Positions 20,814-29,726 of a DNA stretch of 64,000 bases are shown piece by piece. The translations under genes were made by a program, and so were the position numbers. Position 1 is the first letter of the stretch; every line of letters starts with the position of its first letter. The DNA comes from an uncultured Ignavibacteriaceae bacterium (GTDB lineage: Bacteria; Bacteroidota; Ignavibacteria; Ignavibacteriales; Ignavibacteriaceae): positions 4,763 to 68,762 of the forward strand of contig CAZHBJ010000001.1 of assembly GCA_964530445.1 (NCBI GenBank), read 5' to 3'. The notes beneath the pieces are model-generated. The model saw nothing but the letters and a program-made list of their open reading frames with translations, was not told the DNA's origin and did not search any database.

Positions 20814-20990
20814 GGTAGTGTCCTAATCTGCTGAAATTAATAACGAATAAGTCATCCCTCGACCCTGCCTCTACCCGTCGGTAGACAGGTGCCGGTATGC
20901 AAGTCCGCTCGGGATGACAATTTGAATACATTTATCATGGTGAGCGAAGTCGAACCATGAATTATAAAAGCAAATTAGAACACCACTACC
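20814..20990 (-). other. G+C-rich structured element of about 177 nt with a long closing stem (terminal inverted repeats); candidate small RNA or MITE
   Basis: Outer stem: 20814-20831 pairs with 20970-20990. Inner hairpin GTCATCCC...GGGATGAC at 20851-20918. Hairpin TCATGGT...ACCATGA at 20935-20960. The outer-stem mismatches become G-U pairs on the minus strand, so the strand assignment is tentative. Confidence 0.4.
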
Positions 20991-21030
20991 AAACAGCATT
21001 CGAAAGAAGAATCTTGGTTTAAGTTATGCC

Positions 21031-21062
21031 AATTAAAAAAGCCAGGTTTTTGCCTGGCTTTA
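21031..21062 (-). terminator. Rho-independent terminator of rpmE
   Basis: Minus strand reads AAAGCCAGG-CAAAAA-CCTGGCTTT followed by TTTTTTAATT, about 28 nt after the rpmE stop. Confidence 0.75.
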
Positions 21063-21089
21063 ATAAACTTTTATAAGGTTTTAACTTAA

Positions 21090-21347
21090 TTAAGATGCTG
21101 TATTCTTTTTAGCATATTTACGTTTGAATTTCTCAACTCTTCCGGCAGTATCAAGCAGTTTTTGTTTCCCGGTAAAAAACGGATGGGAACCGCTTGAGAT
21201 TTCAAGCTTAACCAACGGATAAGTATTGCCGTCTTCCCATACAATCGTGTCGCTTGTGTTTATTGTTGAACGTGTTAAAATTGCAAAATCACAAGATGCA
21301 TCTTGAAAAACTACCGGTCTGTAATTAGGGTGAATACCTTTTTTCAT
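21090..21347 (-). CDS. rpmE: 50S ribosomal protein L31, type B (no CxxC zinc motif)
   Basis: 85 aa: [16 protein letters not shown]...[26 protein letters not shown]. Confidence 0.9.
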   Translation of the reverse strand: MKKGIHPNYRPVVFQDASCDFAILTRSTINTSDTIVWEDGNTYPLVKLEISSGSHPFFTGKQKLLDTAGRVEKFKRKYAKKNTAS

Positions 21348-21453
21348 ATAACTAACCTAACAATTTTAATTTCTTATCAAAAAATAGACATCAAATATAG
21401 AAAAGTATGAGGATAATTTCAAAATAATAATTCCATCTTAATAGGGCAAAATC

Positions 21454-22086
21454 TTACTTTTTCCCTCTATTATATGATTTTTCCATATTTTCTTTTAGAA
21501 TAGCAACTTCTTGCCGCTGCGCCTTATCTAAATAAACCTGCTTAAAATTAAGCCCGGTTTTTATATCCGACTTGGTTAAGTTAAGATACGCCGAATGAAA
21601 TCCATCAGTGGAATTATTCTGACTTTTATCCCGGGAATTAACTTCATTTTGTGAAATATTGTTTTTGGAATCCGGACTGCTTTGTAATTTAGCTGCTGCT
21701 TTTTGGTCCGTGGAATTTCCATTTAACTCTTTTTTTGCTAAATCTTCTACAGACTTAGTAACATTATCGTTGCTGGCAATTACATCTTCTCTTAACCGCG
21801 GTTTTATGGAAAAGGGATCTGCCTGCTGTGTGGGCTGTGTTTTAATCATAAAAATTACAATTACTGCAACTGCAATAACGGTTAAAGAAGGGATAAGTTT
21901 TTTTCTTACGAAAACATTAACCGGTTTGTTTCTCACGGAATCATATTTTCCGGAGTTTATTTTTCTAAATAAATCCGCTTCAAAATTTTCCGGTGCATCA
22001 ATATTTTTAAGCCGTTTTAATTTTTCGGTTACATCACCGAAAAGATTTCCCTCTTCTTCCGGCTGTTTCATATCCTTATTATTCAT
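21454..22086 (-). CDS. Putative anti-sigma factor / single-pass membrane protein
   Basis: 210 aa. It overlaps the upstream ECF sigma gene by 8 nt. It has one TM helix (LIPSLTVIAVAVIVIFMI) and a low-complexity S/N/Q-rich C-terminal part. The call rests on genomic context only. Confidence 0.5.
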   Translation of the reverse strand: MNNKDMKQPEEEGNLFGDVTEKLKRLKNIDAPENFEADLFRKINSGKYDSVRNKPVNVFVRKKLIPSLTVIAVAVIVIFMIKTQPTQQADPFSIKPRLREDVIASNDNVTKSVEDLAKKELNGNSTDQKAAAKLQSSPDSKNNISQNEVNSRDKSQNNSTDGFHSAYLNLTKSDIKTGLNFKQVYLDKAQRQEVAILKENMEKSYNRGKK

Positions 22087-22666
22087 TGTAAATATCCTTT
22101 AACAATTTTTGCAGTTGCGCCCTGCCTCGGTTTATACGCGATTTTACAGTTCCTATTGTTAATCCTTTTATTTCAGCAATTTCTTCATAAGATAAGCCTT
22201 GAATATCTCTAAGTATTAAGACTTCCCTATAAACCTGCGTAACTTTTAAAAGAGCTTTTTGAATCATTTTATCCTTCATTTCACTGTCGGCAGCAACATC
22301 CGGTCTGTATCTTTCATCAGGAATATCAAAAGTCTCTTTATTTTCGCCGTAAGAGTTAATGGAAAAGAAATTTCTTCTTTTTCTCCTTCTATACTCTGTT
22401 TTGGCCAAATTACCGGCAATAGTATAAATCCATGTGGAAAATTTAGCAATAGACGTATAAGAGTTTTTGTATCTATAAACTTTTATAAAAGTCTCCTGAA
22501 CCACATCCAAACATATTTCGTAATCGCCTAAAAATCTATACACAAAATTAACCAGCGGGTTTTTATACCTTTGTACTAAAATTTCAAACGCCTGTTCCGT
22601 ATCGTTTTGCTGGAACTCAAGAATCAGTTCTTCATCGCTTAATTCGTTTAAATTTTTTTCGGTCAA
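22079..22666 (-). CDS. RNA polymerase sigma-70 family, ECF subfamily
   Basis: 195 aa. Region 2: DVVQETFIKVYR...STWIYTIAGN. Region 4 HTH: LSYEEIAEIKGLTIGTVKSRINRGRAQL. Confidence 0.85.
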   Translation of the reverse strand: MTEKNLNELSDEELILEFQQNDTEQAFEILVQRYKNPLVNFVYRFLGDYEICLDVVQETFIKVYRYKNSYTSIAKFSTWIYTIAGNLAKTEYRRRKRRNFFSINSYGENKETFDIPDERYRPDVAADSEMKDKMIQKALLKVTQVYREVLILRDIQGLSYEEIAEIKGLTIGTVKSRINRGRAQLQKLLKDIYNE

Positions 22667-22840
22667 CTGTTTTATACTTTATTTGATTTGAAATGTTTCC
22701 AAAAACACATTAAAAGTTAAATAAAAATCAATAAAGATTGAAAGGAGATAGAGCCTATTATAATATAAATTCTAACTTAACCGGTTATTTGAATTTATTT
22801 CATAACTATTAAACTGTTAAAACAGTTAAAATATATACAG

Positions 22841-22871
22841 TTGTTTTTATTAAAACCGGGATTAATCCCGG
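22841..22871 (-). terminator. Rho-independent terminator downstream of holA
   Basis: Minus strand reads CCGGGA-TTAA-TCCCGG followed by TTTTAATAAAAA. A second hairpin lies just upstream of it at 22899-22933 (AACCGTT...AACGGTT). Confidence 0.6.
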
Positions 22872-22979
22872 CGTTAGTAATATAAAAACTCACATTGTAA
22901 CCGTTTTTCCAAAGGAGTCCTTCGGACAACGGTTTTGATATTAATTTCGAAGAACAATCTAACTTAGTATTACTTACTT

Positions 22980-23996
22980 CTATTCTTCCAAAATTTCAGC
23001 CAACAAAATAGATATAATAGACTTACCTCCGGCTGAAGTAGTTTTAACGGAAAGATCCGCTTTTAGCAAAGATTGAACAATTCTATATAGGTCTTTATCT
23101 GAATATATCATTCGGGCTTTTAAATAATCTTTATAATAATATTGATGAGTTCCCACAATTCTTGCCGCCGCCTGATCCGGTATTTTCTTTTCTTTTAGTT
23201 CATTTATTCTAATTAACCCGGTAAAATAGCGTGTAAGCATGTAGATAATAAATGTCGGCTCCGCACCTTTTTCAAGCATTTTATAGGCGATTTTAAAAGT
23301 TTCATTTCTGTCTTTTTTAGATATGGCATTTTGAAGATCGAAGATATTATATTCTTTTAGAGAAGTTGAAAGATCTTTAATTGAATCAAGGGTTATTTCC
23401 TTTTTATCTCCTAAAAAAACAGAAATTTTTTCCAGCTGAGCTTCAAGCATGTCCCGGTTTTCGCCTGAAATATCGGTTAAAAGCCGGGCATTATCCCTGG
23501 TAATACTTTTGCCGTTATCCCGGGCATAAGCTACAACCCAATCAATTAAATTTTCTCCTTTTAATTCTTTAGCTTCAAACAAATAATTTTTTGCAGCTAA
23601 TGTTTTAAATGGTTCGGAATCAAGATTAGAAATTTTACCGTTATGTATCAAAACGATTACAGTAAAGTCGGACGGTGAAGCTGCATACAAAGTCAAATGC
23701 TTTTTATCCCGTATTTTTTCGAATTCCTTTACAATAATTAATTTCTTTTCCGAGCCGAAAGGGAAAGCCGATGCAAAATCCAGTATTTCGATTAAAGTTT
23801 TGTCGTCGCCGTAAAAAACTTCTTTATCAAAATCGGAAGTAATAAACGGCTGTACGGATTTATTAATTAAGGCTAAACATGAATCTATGCTGAATGTATC
23901 TTCACCAAAGAGATAATATATAGGTAGTATTTTGCCGTTATTTAAATCATCGGTTAATTGATTTATTGATGGAGCTTTAATTTTAGTCTTCGCCAT
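22980..23996 (-). CDS. holA: DNA polymerase III subunit delta
   Basis: 338 aa. The N-terminus KILPIYYLFGEDTFSID and the overall length and pattern are typical of HolA. Confidence 0.75.
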   Translation of the reverse strand: MAKTKIKAPSINQLTDDLNNGKILPIYYLFGEDTFSIDSCLALINKSVQPFITSDFDKEVFYGDDKTLIEILDFASAFPFGSEKKLIIVKEFEKIRDKKHLTLYAASPSDFTVIVLIHNGKISNLDSEPFKTLAAKNYLFEAKELKGENLIDWVVAYARDNGKSITRDNARLLTDISGENRDMLEAQLEKISVFLGDKKEITLDSIKDLSTSLKEYNIFDLQNAISKKDRNETFKIAYKMLEKGAEPTFIIYMLTRYFTGLIRINELKEKKIPDQAAARIVGTHQYYYKDYLKARMIYSDKDLYRIVQSLLKADLSVKTTSAGGKSIISILLAEILEE

Positions 23997-24105
23997 TTTT
24001 CTCTTTTATCTTTTCGTATTTAATGGCGCGGGTAAGAAAAAATGTCATACCTCCCCATACGGTTCCGAGAACAATCAGCATTGTAATTATTGTTATAAAA
24101 TTCAT
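23983..24105 (-). CDS. Small membrane protein (40 aa), MetS-like NSS transporter small subunit candidate
   Basis: Too short for the ORF track. Hand translation gives MNFITIITMLIVLGTVWGGMTFFLTRAIKYEKIKEKNGED*. It has a single TM helix with a WGG motif and a basic tail. It lies 60 nt downstream of the NSS transporter gene and overlaps the holA start by 14 nt. Confidence 0.5.
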   Translation of the reverse strand: MNFITIITMLIVLGTVWGGMTFFLTRAIKYEKIKEKNGED

Positions 24106-24165
24106 ATTCTATTTAGTAATTAAAATAAAAATTTTCAAATCGTTCAAACTTAAAGAATCTGTTAA

Positions 24166-25635
24166 TCAATTGTTTTCCTTAAAAGTTTGGTTTACCATAG
24201 CTTTATTCAAAAGAATAAATGTAAGTAATATAACCGCCCATTGAAAAATACATGTGCCTGCATTTGCCGTATGGAAAGGATTCCACCACTCGGGGTCCCA
24301 TGATACCGAAGAAATTAACCACCAAGAAACAAGCACTACAACCTGCACCGGGATTAAGAATCCTATTATAAAATTATACCATTTGCCGATTTTTACGTCG
24401 CTGCCGTAACCATTAATAATTTCCGTTCTAAATTTATCCACGCCGTATCGAATGATTGAGAACGATATAAAAGCACCGCTGATTATTAACCCGACACCCC
24501 AAACCCAATCCTGGTTTGTTAGAAAATTTAAATCTAGTGCAGAAGGTATTCCCAATAAAAATCCTAAAGAAGCAACCATAATTATAGCTTTACCTCTTTT
24601 AAAACCGAAATCGATTAATGTTCTTGTAGTAAGTTCAACCATAGACATTAATGAAGTTGTGGCGGCAAAAAACAATGCAATAAAAAACAGCGATGCAAAA
24701 ATTACGTTAACTATATAATGTGTGGAGATTTTGGAGAACAGCAACGGGAGATAAATAAAAGTTAAGCCTGTATTAGCAGGACCAGCTTGTGAAATTTGCT
24801 GCATTGCATCGGAAGTGCTTAAAGCAAATACAGTAGAAAATATTGTAATGCCTGCCAGCAGAGAAACAGTATTATTTCCGAAACCAATTAAGGCGGCATT
24901 TAGGGAAATATCTTCCTTCTTTTTCATATATATTGCATAAGTTAAAATGAGTCCCCAGCCCGCGCCTGTATCCCATGCATTCTGCGTTAATGCATTAAGC
25001 CAGACTTTATAATTTAAAATAATATCCAAATGAGGTGTGAAAAAATATTTTATCCCTTCAATAGCATTAGGCAGAGTAACGGCTCTAACGAATAGAATAA
25101 TTAAAATTATTAAAAGCGAAGGGACCATAAATTTGGTTACTTTTTCAATCCCTTTGCTCACACCCCTGTAAATAACGAAAGCAACAAGAGTCATTGCTAT
25201 AAAATGATATACAAGCGGCTGATAGCTGGAAGAGAATCTTGTCCAGTATTCAAGATATTTTGTAGTGGAAAAAAGATCGCCGGTTATTGCGGAAATGAAA
25301 TATTTTAAGCACCAGCCGGTAACTACAGAGTAGTAGAACATTATTGCGGTGGATACAAAAACTATAAATGCGCCCATCCAACCGAACTGCCTGCCTGCGG
25401 TTTTTGAAATAGCACCGACAGGCCCGAACCTGGTTGATTTACCAATCGCGAATTCGGCAATAATTAACGGAACAGACCATACGAGAAGAAAAATTACCCA
25501 GGGAATTAAAAAAGAACCGCCGCCGTTCTGCGCAACAATTCTTGAAAAGCGCCAAATGTTCCCGGTTCCGACTGCAATACCTATTGTTGCAATTATCAGC
25601 GACCAGCGAGAAGAAAAAAACTCTTCTTGTTTCAT
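24166..25635 (-). CDS. Neurotransmitter:sodium symporter (NSS/SNF) family transporter
   Basis: 489 aa, polytopic. NSS signature near the N-terminus: GIAVGTGNIWRFSRIVAQNGGGSFLIPW. Confidence 0.85.
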   Translation of the reverse strand: MKQEEFFSSRWSLIIATIGIAVGTGNIWRFSRIVAQNGGGSFLIPWVIFLLVWSVPLIIAEFAIGKSTRFGPVGAISKTAGRQFGWMGAFIVFVSTAIMFYYSVVTGWCLKYFISAITGDLFSTTKYLEYWTRFSSSYQPLVYHFIAMTLVAFVIYRGVSKGIEKVTKFMVPSLLIILIILFVRAVTLPNAIEGIKYFFTPHLDIILNYKVWLNALTQNAWDTGAGWGLILTYAIYMKKKEDISLNAALIGFGNNTVSLLAGITIFSTVFALSTSDAMQQISQAGPANTGLTFIYLPLLFSKISTHYIVNVIFASLFFIALFFAATTSLMSMVELTTRTLIDFGFKRGKAIIMVASLGFLLGIPSALDLNFLTNQDWVWGVGLIISGAFISFSIIRYGVDKFRTEIINGYGSDVKIGKWYNFIIGFLIPVQVVVLVSWWLISSVSWDPEWWNPFHTANAGTCIFQWAVILLTFILLNKAMVNQTFKENN

Positions 25636-25706
25636 TTAGTTCTTATCGGTTTATTGTCGAAAGTATTTCCTATTATCCTTCTTAAAAAAAATAATTTTTA
25701 TCTTAG

Positions 25707-26291
25707 TTAAGGTTTCTCAGTTTTTCTTTCTATATAAACAGAGTCCATAACAACAGGAGTAACCGGTTTATCATTCGGTTTTGTTGTGGGAACCTTACCT
25801 ATTGCCTTAACTACATCCATTCCATCGATTACTTTCCCGAAAATAGAATAGTGCATATCTAGCCAGTGGGTCGGTTCAAGTGTAATAAAAAATTGACTGC
25901 CGTTTGTATTAGGCCCTCTATTAGCCATAGCCATAACTCCTGCAGAATCAAATTTAAAATTCTCATTAAATTCATCATTAAAAGTACCACCCCAGACGCT
26001 TTCCCCGCCGGTTCCGTTTCCGTTCGGGTCACCGCCCTGTATCATAAAATTATCGATTACCCGGTGAAAGGTTAACTTATTATAATATCCTTTATCCGAT
26101 AAGCCGATAAAATTTTCAACGGCTTTTGGTGCAGCTTGCGGTAAAAGCTCGCACTTAATGGTTCCCATATTGGTTTTTATCACTGCAATATAAGTTGTGT
26201 CGTTCATAGATTTTTTTTGTCCGTTTGATTTTGATTGTTTACATCCTAAAACCGTAGCAGCAAGTATTAAAATAAAAATTAAGCTTTTCAT
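25707..26291 (-). CDS. Cyclophilin-type peptidyl-prolyl cis-trans isomerase, lipoprotein
   Basis: 194 aa. Lipobox LGC in MKSLIFILILAATVLGCKQ. Cyclophilin motifs FHRVIDNFMIQGGDP and GSQFFITL. Confidence 0.85.
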   Translation of the reverse strand: MKSLIFILILAATVLGCKQSKSNGQKKSMNDTTYIAVIKTNMGTIKCELLPQAAPKAVENFIGLSDKGYYNKLTFHRVIDNFMIQGGDPNGNGTGGESVWGGTFNDEFNENFKFDSAGVMAMANRGPNTNGSQFFITLEPTHWLDMHYSIFGKVIDGMDVVKAIGKVPTTKPNDKPVTPVVMDSVYIERKTEKP

Positions 26292-26299
26292 AGTATCTC

Positions 26300-27148
26300 C
26301 TAAGGAAGTATAGCATGTGAAGAAAGTAAAATTAAAATTATAATTCCTAATGCAATTCTGTAATAAACAAATATAAGTGTTGTATTTTTTCTAAGGTATT
26401 TTAACAGAAAATCAATTGATAAATAACCGAAAATAAAAGCAAAGATTGTTGAAACTATCATATTTACAGCCAATGAAGGATTAATGAATTTAAGAGATTC
26501 ATACAGTTCCAATAATCCGCTGGCAAGAACAGCAGGAATACTTAATAAAAATGAAAATCTTGCGGCAGTTTCTCTATTCATTCCGAGGAATAATCCGGCC
26601 GTAATAGTTGTTCCGGACCTGCTGGAACCCGGGATAAGAGCAAAACATTGTGCAACACCTACCCAAAAAGCGTCCCATTTTGTTATCTTATTTAAATCTT
26701 TTTTTAATTTTGCTATTTTTTCTGCAATTGCCAAAATAATTGCCAGCCCTATTAAGCTGAAAGCAATAACGTACAAATCTTTTGTTAGAGTACCTTCTAT
26801 TATTTTTTTTAACGAAATACCGATTATACCAACCGGAATAGAACCGATAATAATCAACCAGCCTAACCTTGAATTCAATTTTTGTTCGGATAATTTTACC
26901 CTGTGTTTTACATTTTCATTTAAGAAATCGAAAATAATTTCCCACAAGTCTTTCCAGAAATAAATTATTACTGCAATTACAGTCCCGAGTTGTATAACAG
27001 CAATAAAAGCCGTCCATTCTTCCGGATGCTGATTGGAAATGAGGTGCATAAATTTACCGGCTAAAGTTAAATGCCCGGTGCTGCTGATTGGTAAAAATTC
27101 GGTAAGTCCCTGTATAATACCAAGTAAAATAGCTTGTAATATGTTCAA
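26300..27148 (-). CDS. uppP: Undecaprenyl-diphosphate phosphatase
   Basis: 282 aa, polytopic. BacA/UppP motifs: GLTEFLPISSTGHL and PGSSRSGTTI. Confidence 0.9.
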   Translation of the reverse strand: MNILQAILLGIIQGLTEFLPISSTGHLTLAGKFMHLISNQHPEEWTAFIAVIQLGTVIAVIIYFWKDLWEIIFDFLNENVKHRVKLSEQKLNSRLGWLIIIGSIPVGIIGISLKKIIEGTLTKDLYVIAFSLIGLAIILAIAEKIAKLKKDLNKITKWDAFWVGVAQCFALIPGSSRSGTTITAGLFLGMNRETAARFSFLLSIPAVLASGLLELYESLKFINPSLAVNMIVSTIFAFIFGYLSIDFLLKYLRKNTTLIFVYYRIALGIIILILLSSHAILP

Positions 27149-27157
27149 AAAGCCCTC

Positions 27158-27802
27158 CTAAAAAATATAAGAAACTCCAAGCCTTAAACCCGCAGATAAA
27201 GCATTGAAATTTACATTGGTATTATTAACTACAAAATAGCCGTTTCCGCTTTTAGGTTTCCCATTAAAATCGTATCTAATATCTACTCCGATATTTGCAT
27301 ACAGATTTCCGCTTAATAAAGTGTTTCCGTCTGCCTTAAGAAGTAATCCGAAACCTGTTGAATTATAAGTTTCCGTTGAAGGTTTGGCAGGAAGCTGCTG
27401 GACTGCACTAACAAAACGAATTCCTATTCCTCCGCCGAATTTAAAATCGTAACCGTTTCCTCTAATGACGTAATAGTTTACAACTGTAGGCATAACAATA
27501 GAGTAATTCAATTTGTAAATTCCGCCGTACTCGTTTGTATAATTATGTGAGTTAATAAGATAAGCAACTTCAAGTCCCAATTCATAATTATTATTTAATT
27601 GAAAACCTCCTTCGCCTGAAAAAACTATTGCACTGTTAAATGTGCCGAGCTGCTGGTTGGGCGGTGCAAAATTTTGATTTATATAATCGATTAGAGAAGG
27701 CATATTAATAAATGATATCTCCATCCCCGCTCTAACATAATATTGTGAATAGGATGTGCTTGATATAGTAAGACAGATTATCAGGGCAGAAAGAAGCTTC
27801 AT
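27158..27802 (-). CDS. Outer-membrane beta-barrel protein (porin-like, small)
   Basis: 214 aa with a signal peptide. It shows an alternating beta-strand pattern rich in G/Y/N and ends in a C-terminal ...GVSYIF, typical of OMP barrels. Confidence 0.6.
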   Translation of the reverse strand: MKLLSALIICLTISSTSYSQYYVRAGMEISFINMPSLIDYINQNFAPPNQQLGTFNSAIVFSGEGGFQLNNNYELGLEVAYLINSHNYTNEYGGIYKLNYSIVMPTVVNYYVIRGNGYDFKFGGGIGIRFVSAVQQLPAKPSTETYNSTGFGLLLKADGNTLLSGNLYANIGVDIRYDFNGKPKSGNGYFVVNNTNVNFNALSAGLRLGVSYIF

Positions 27803-28854
27803 AATTCTTCCAGTTCGGTTTCTACAACTTTAATTAGATTATCATGATGTTTATTAAGTGCAAAGAAAAATATAAGTGCGGTGAAGATAAACAAAAAATA
27901 TGAAATTACATGTGTTAATAGTGCATATGCCAAGCTAATCGATTCACCGAATCCGAATAAAAGTACCAACGCGGCTTTTGAGAGTGCTTCATAAGAACCG
28001 ATACCTCCGGGTGTGGGTATAACCACTCCAATAGCGCTTATGCTCATCAACACCCAGGCCATAGCATAAGTTACAGGCTTAATGTTTTGCATTCCCAGGG
28101 TGTAAAATCCTATATAAGCACTAAGTGCATACACTATCATTATTAAAGCGCTTAAAAGGAAAGTATAAATATAATTTTTTGTACCTTTTAAACTGGCAAA
28201 GCCGACTGTCATCATATCAAAAATGTATGCCGCTTTATGAGCCAGTTTTTCCGAAAATTTACCTAACATTTTTATAATAAGTTTGTAAAATTTTTCTCTA
28301 AACCTTATTAAAAAATAAATAAATACAATTACTCCGGCTATTAAAATAACTGTTATGTAAAGAGTAGATTTTAACCACGGGAATTTAAGATAAAGATCTT
28401 CGCTCCAAATTATAACGGAGACAATTACCGTAAGACCGAGAAAAATGATATCGATAATCCTTTCGAGGATTACTGTACCGAACATTGAAGACCTAGAAAG
28501 TTTTTCCCATCTGCCTAATACCACCGCTCTCGATACTTCACCCAGCCTCGGCACTACGCAACTTACACCGTATCCTACCATAACAGCACCGAATATGTTT
28601 ATGATAGAAGTATCCTGCTTAACGGATTTTAGAATCACTTTCCATCTTAAAGCTCTTAGGTAATGAGAGAACAGCATTGCTATTAACAGGACAAAAATCC
28701 AAAAAATCGAAGCGTTTGAAAGAATGGCGAATATTTTATTTAAGTCTTCGTTATAAAATGCAATATAAAGGAAAATAACGCTCAGTATCAATGGAAGCAC
28801 AAATCTAGCTGTCCTGATAAACCAGTTCTTCTTTTTAGTTTTATCTGAGGTCAA
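27799..28854 (-). CDS. UPF0104 / lysylphosphatidylglycerol-synthase-TM-region family membrane protein (flippase-like)
   Basis: 351 aa with about 8 TM helices. The N-terminal segment ...HYLRALRWKVILKSV... is typical of the family. It overlaps both neighbouring genes (4 nt and 14 nt). Confidence 0.6.
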   Translation of the reverse strand: MTSDKTKKKNWFIRTARFVLPLILSVIFLYIAFYNEDLNKIFAILSNASIFWIFVLLIAMLFSHYLRALRWKVILKSVKQDTSIINIFGAVMVGYGVSCVVPRLGEVSRAVVLGRWEKLSRSSMFGTVILERIIDIIFLGLTVIVSVIIWSEDLYLKFPWLKSTLYITVILIAGVIVFIYFLIRFREKFYKLIIKMLGKFSEKLAHKAAYIFDMMTVGFASLKGTKNYIYTFLLSALIMIVYALSAYIGFYTLGMQNIKPVTYAMAWVLMSISAIGVVIPTPGGIGSYEALSKAALVLLFGFGESISLAYALLTHVISYFLFIFTALIFFFALNKHHDNLIKVVETELEEL

Positions 28855-29446
28855 TAACTTTGCTCCCCTTCGGCGGTGTAAAGGTGAATAAAGAATCCGG
28901 CAGATTTGAATTCAGTTTATAATCGGAAAAGTCGATTTGGATTAAAACATCATTAAGATCTCCGATAATCATTTTTGAAATCAGATGTTTCGAATCCGTC
29001 CATATCTTAACATATTTAAAGTTCAAACCGGGCTTTTTAGGCGTAAGCATTAAAACCTTTTGATCTTTTATTTCCATCAATTCGATATTACATTCGGTTG
29101 GATATATATTAATAAAATTATTTAATGATAGAACCGAGGGATCATGTTCATCATAGCTGCTTATTATTACTTTGTTTTCGGCTTTATTATAATTCCAGTT
29201 AGTTTTCCCGTTCGAAATTATGATTGAGTTTTTTAACTCCAGTCTTAGGTTATTCTTTTTCTTAAAATAAAATTTGCCGTAAAGGTTTACATTACCGTTT
29301 GATGACTGCACAAATCCGGCGGTTATATCCTTAATCGAGTCAAATTTTTTCTGCAGTGATTCAAGAATCTGCTGTCCTTCATTCTGTGCAAAGCTTGGCA
29401 AAGCAGCAAACAAAATTATTAAAACAAAAATTAATAATCTTTTCAT
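28841..29446 (-). CDS. LolA-like outer-membrane lipoprotein carrier protein
   Basis: 201 aa with a signal peptide (LIILFAALPSFAQ). LolA-type pattern: FVQSSNGNVNLYGKFYFKKKNNLRLE...ISNGKTNWNYNKAENKVI. Confidence 0.6.
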   Translation of the reverse strand: MKRLLIFVLIILFAALPSFAQNEGQQILESLQKKFDSIKDITAGFVQSSNGNVNLYGKFYFKKKNNLRLELKNSIIISNGKTNWNYNKAENKVIISSYDEHDPSVLSLNNFINIYPTECNIELMEIKDQKVLMLTPKKPGLNFKYVKIWTDSKHLISKMIIGDLNDVLIQIDFSDYKLNSNLPDSLFTFTPPKGSKVIDLR

Positions 29447-29698
29447 ATTGAATAATAAAGTAATAATTAGAATGCAATTTATAAAATTTGTATAATAAAG
29501 TAATATGCAAAAATAAATTGTTGTAGAATTTCAAATCAACAATTAAGTAGTTTTTAATTGTTTCATTACTTTCTATAAATAACTTAAGAATTATTGATTT
29601 TCCGGGTAAATGGGTAATAGAATGCATTAGGTGAATGGTTATTGCATTTATTATTTCTTGCTTATTGGGTAAAATAATACTAATTTTGGTTGACTTTT

Positions 29699-29726
29699 TC
29701 GCCCTCTTGAGGGCGATTTTTATTTG
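29699..29726 (+). terminator. Intrinsic terminator-like hairpin in the rimP-nusA-infB leader (candidate attenuator)
   Basis: TCGCCCT-CTTG-AGGGCGA forms a 7-bp stem with a CUUG loop. It is followed by TTTTTATTTG and ends just before the rimP ATG at 29728. No upstream plus-strand gene exists for it to terminate. Confidence 0.55.

Noticed and set aside
20935-20960. T-loop-like GGTTCGA sequence (minus strand) that might indicate a tRNA or tRNA-derived element
   Set aside because: The stem does not have the 5-bp T-arm geometry. No acceptor, D or anticodon arms can be drawn around it.
21090-21347. L31 type B as a sign of a Zur-regulated zinc-sparing paralogue
   Set aside because: I see no Zur-box-like palindrome upstream and no second L31 gene in the window. 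Cys-less L31 as the sole copy is, to my knowledge, common in this part of the bacterial tree. This cannot be judged without the whole genome.
22856-22871. Similarity between the hairpins CCGGGATTAATCCCGG (22856-22871) and GCCGGGA...TAATCCCGGC (62802-62829) as copies of one repeat family
   Set aside because: The shared sequence is only the short G+C-rich stem. Both sit just downstream of minus-strand genes, where terminator hairpins are expected. Two short matches are insufficient to call a repeat family.
24023-24244. 73-aa plus-strand ORF between holA and the NSS transporter gene
   Set aside because: It overlaps the 3' end of the transporter gene antisense and has no motifs. The minus-strand 40-codon MetS-like ORF explains the spacer better.
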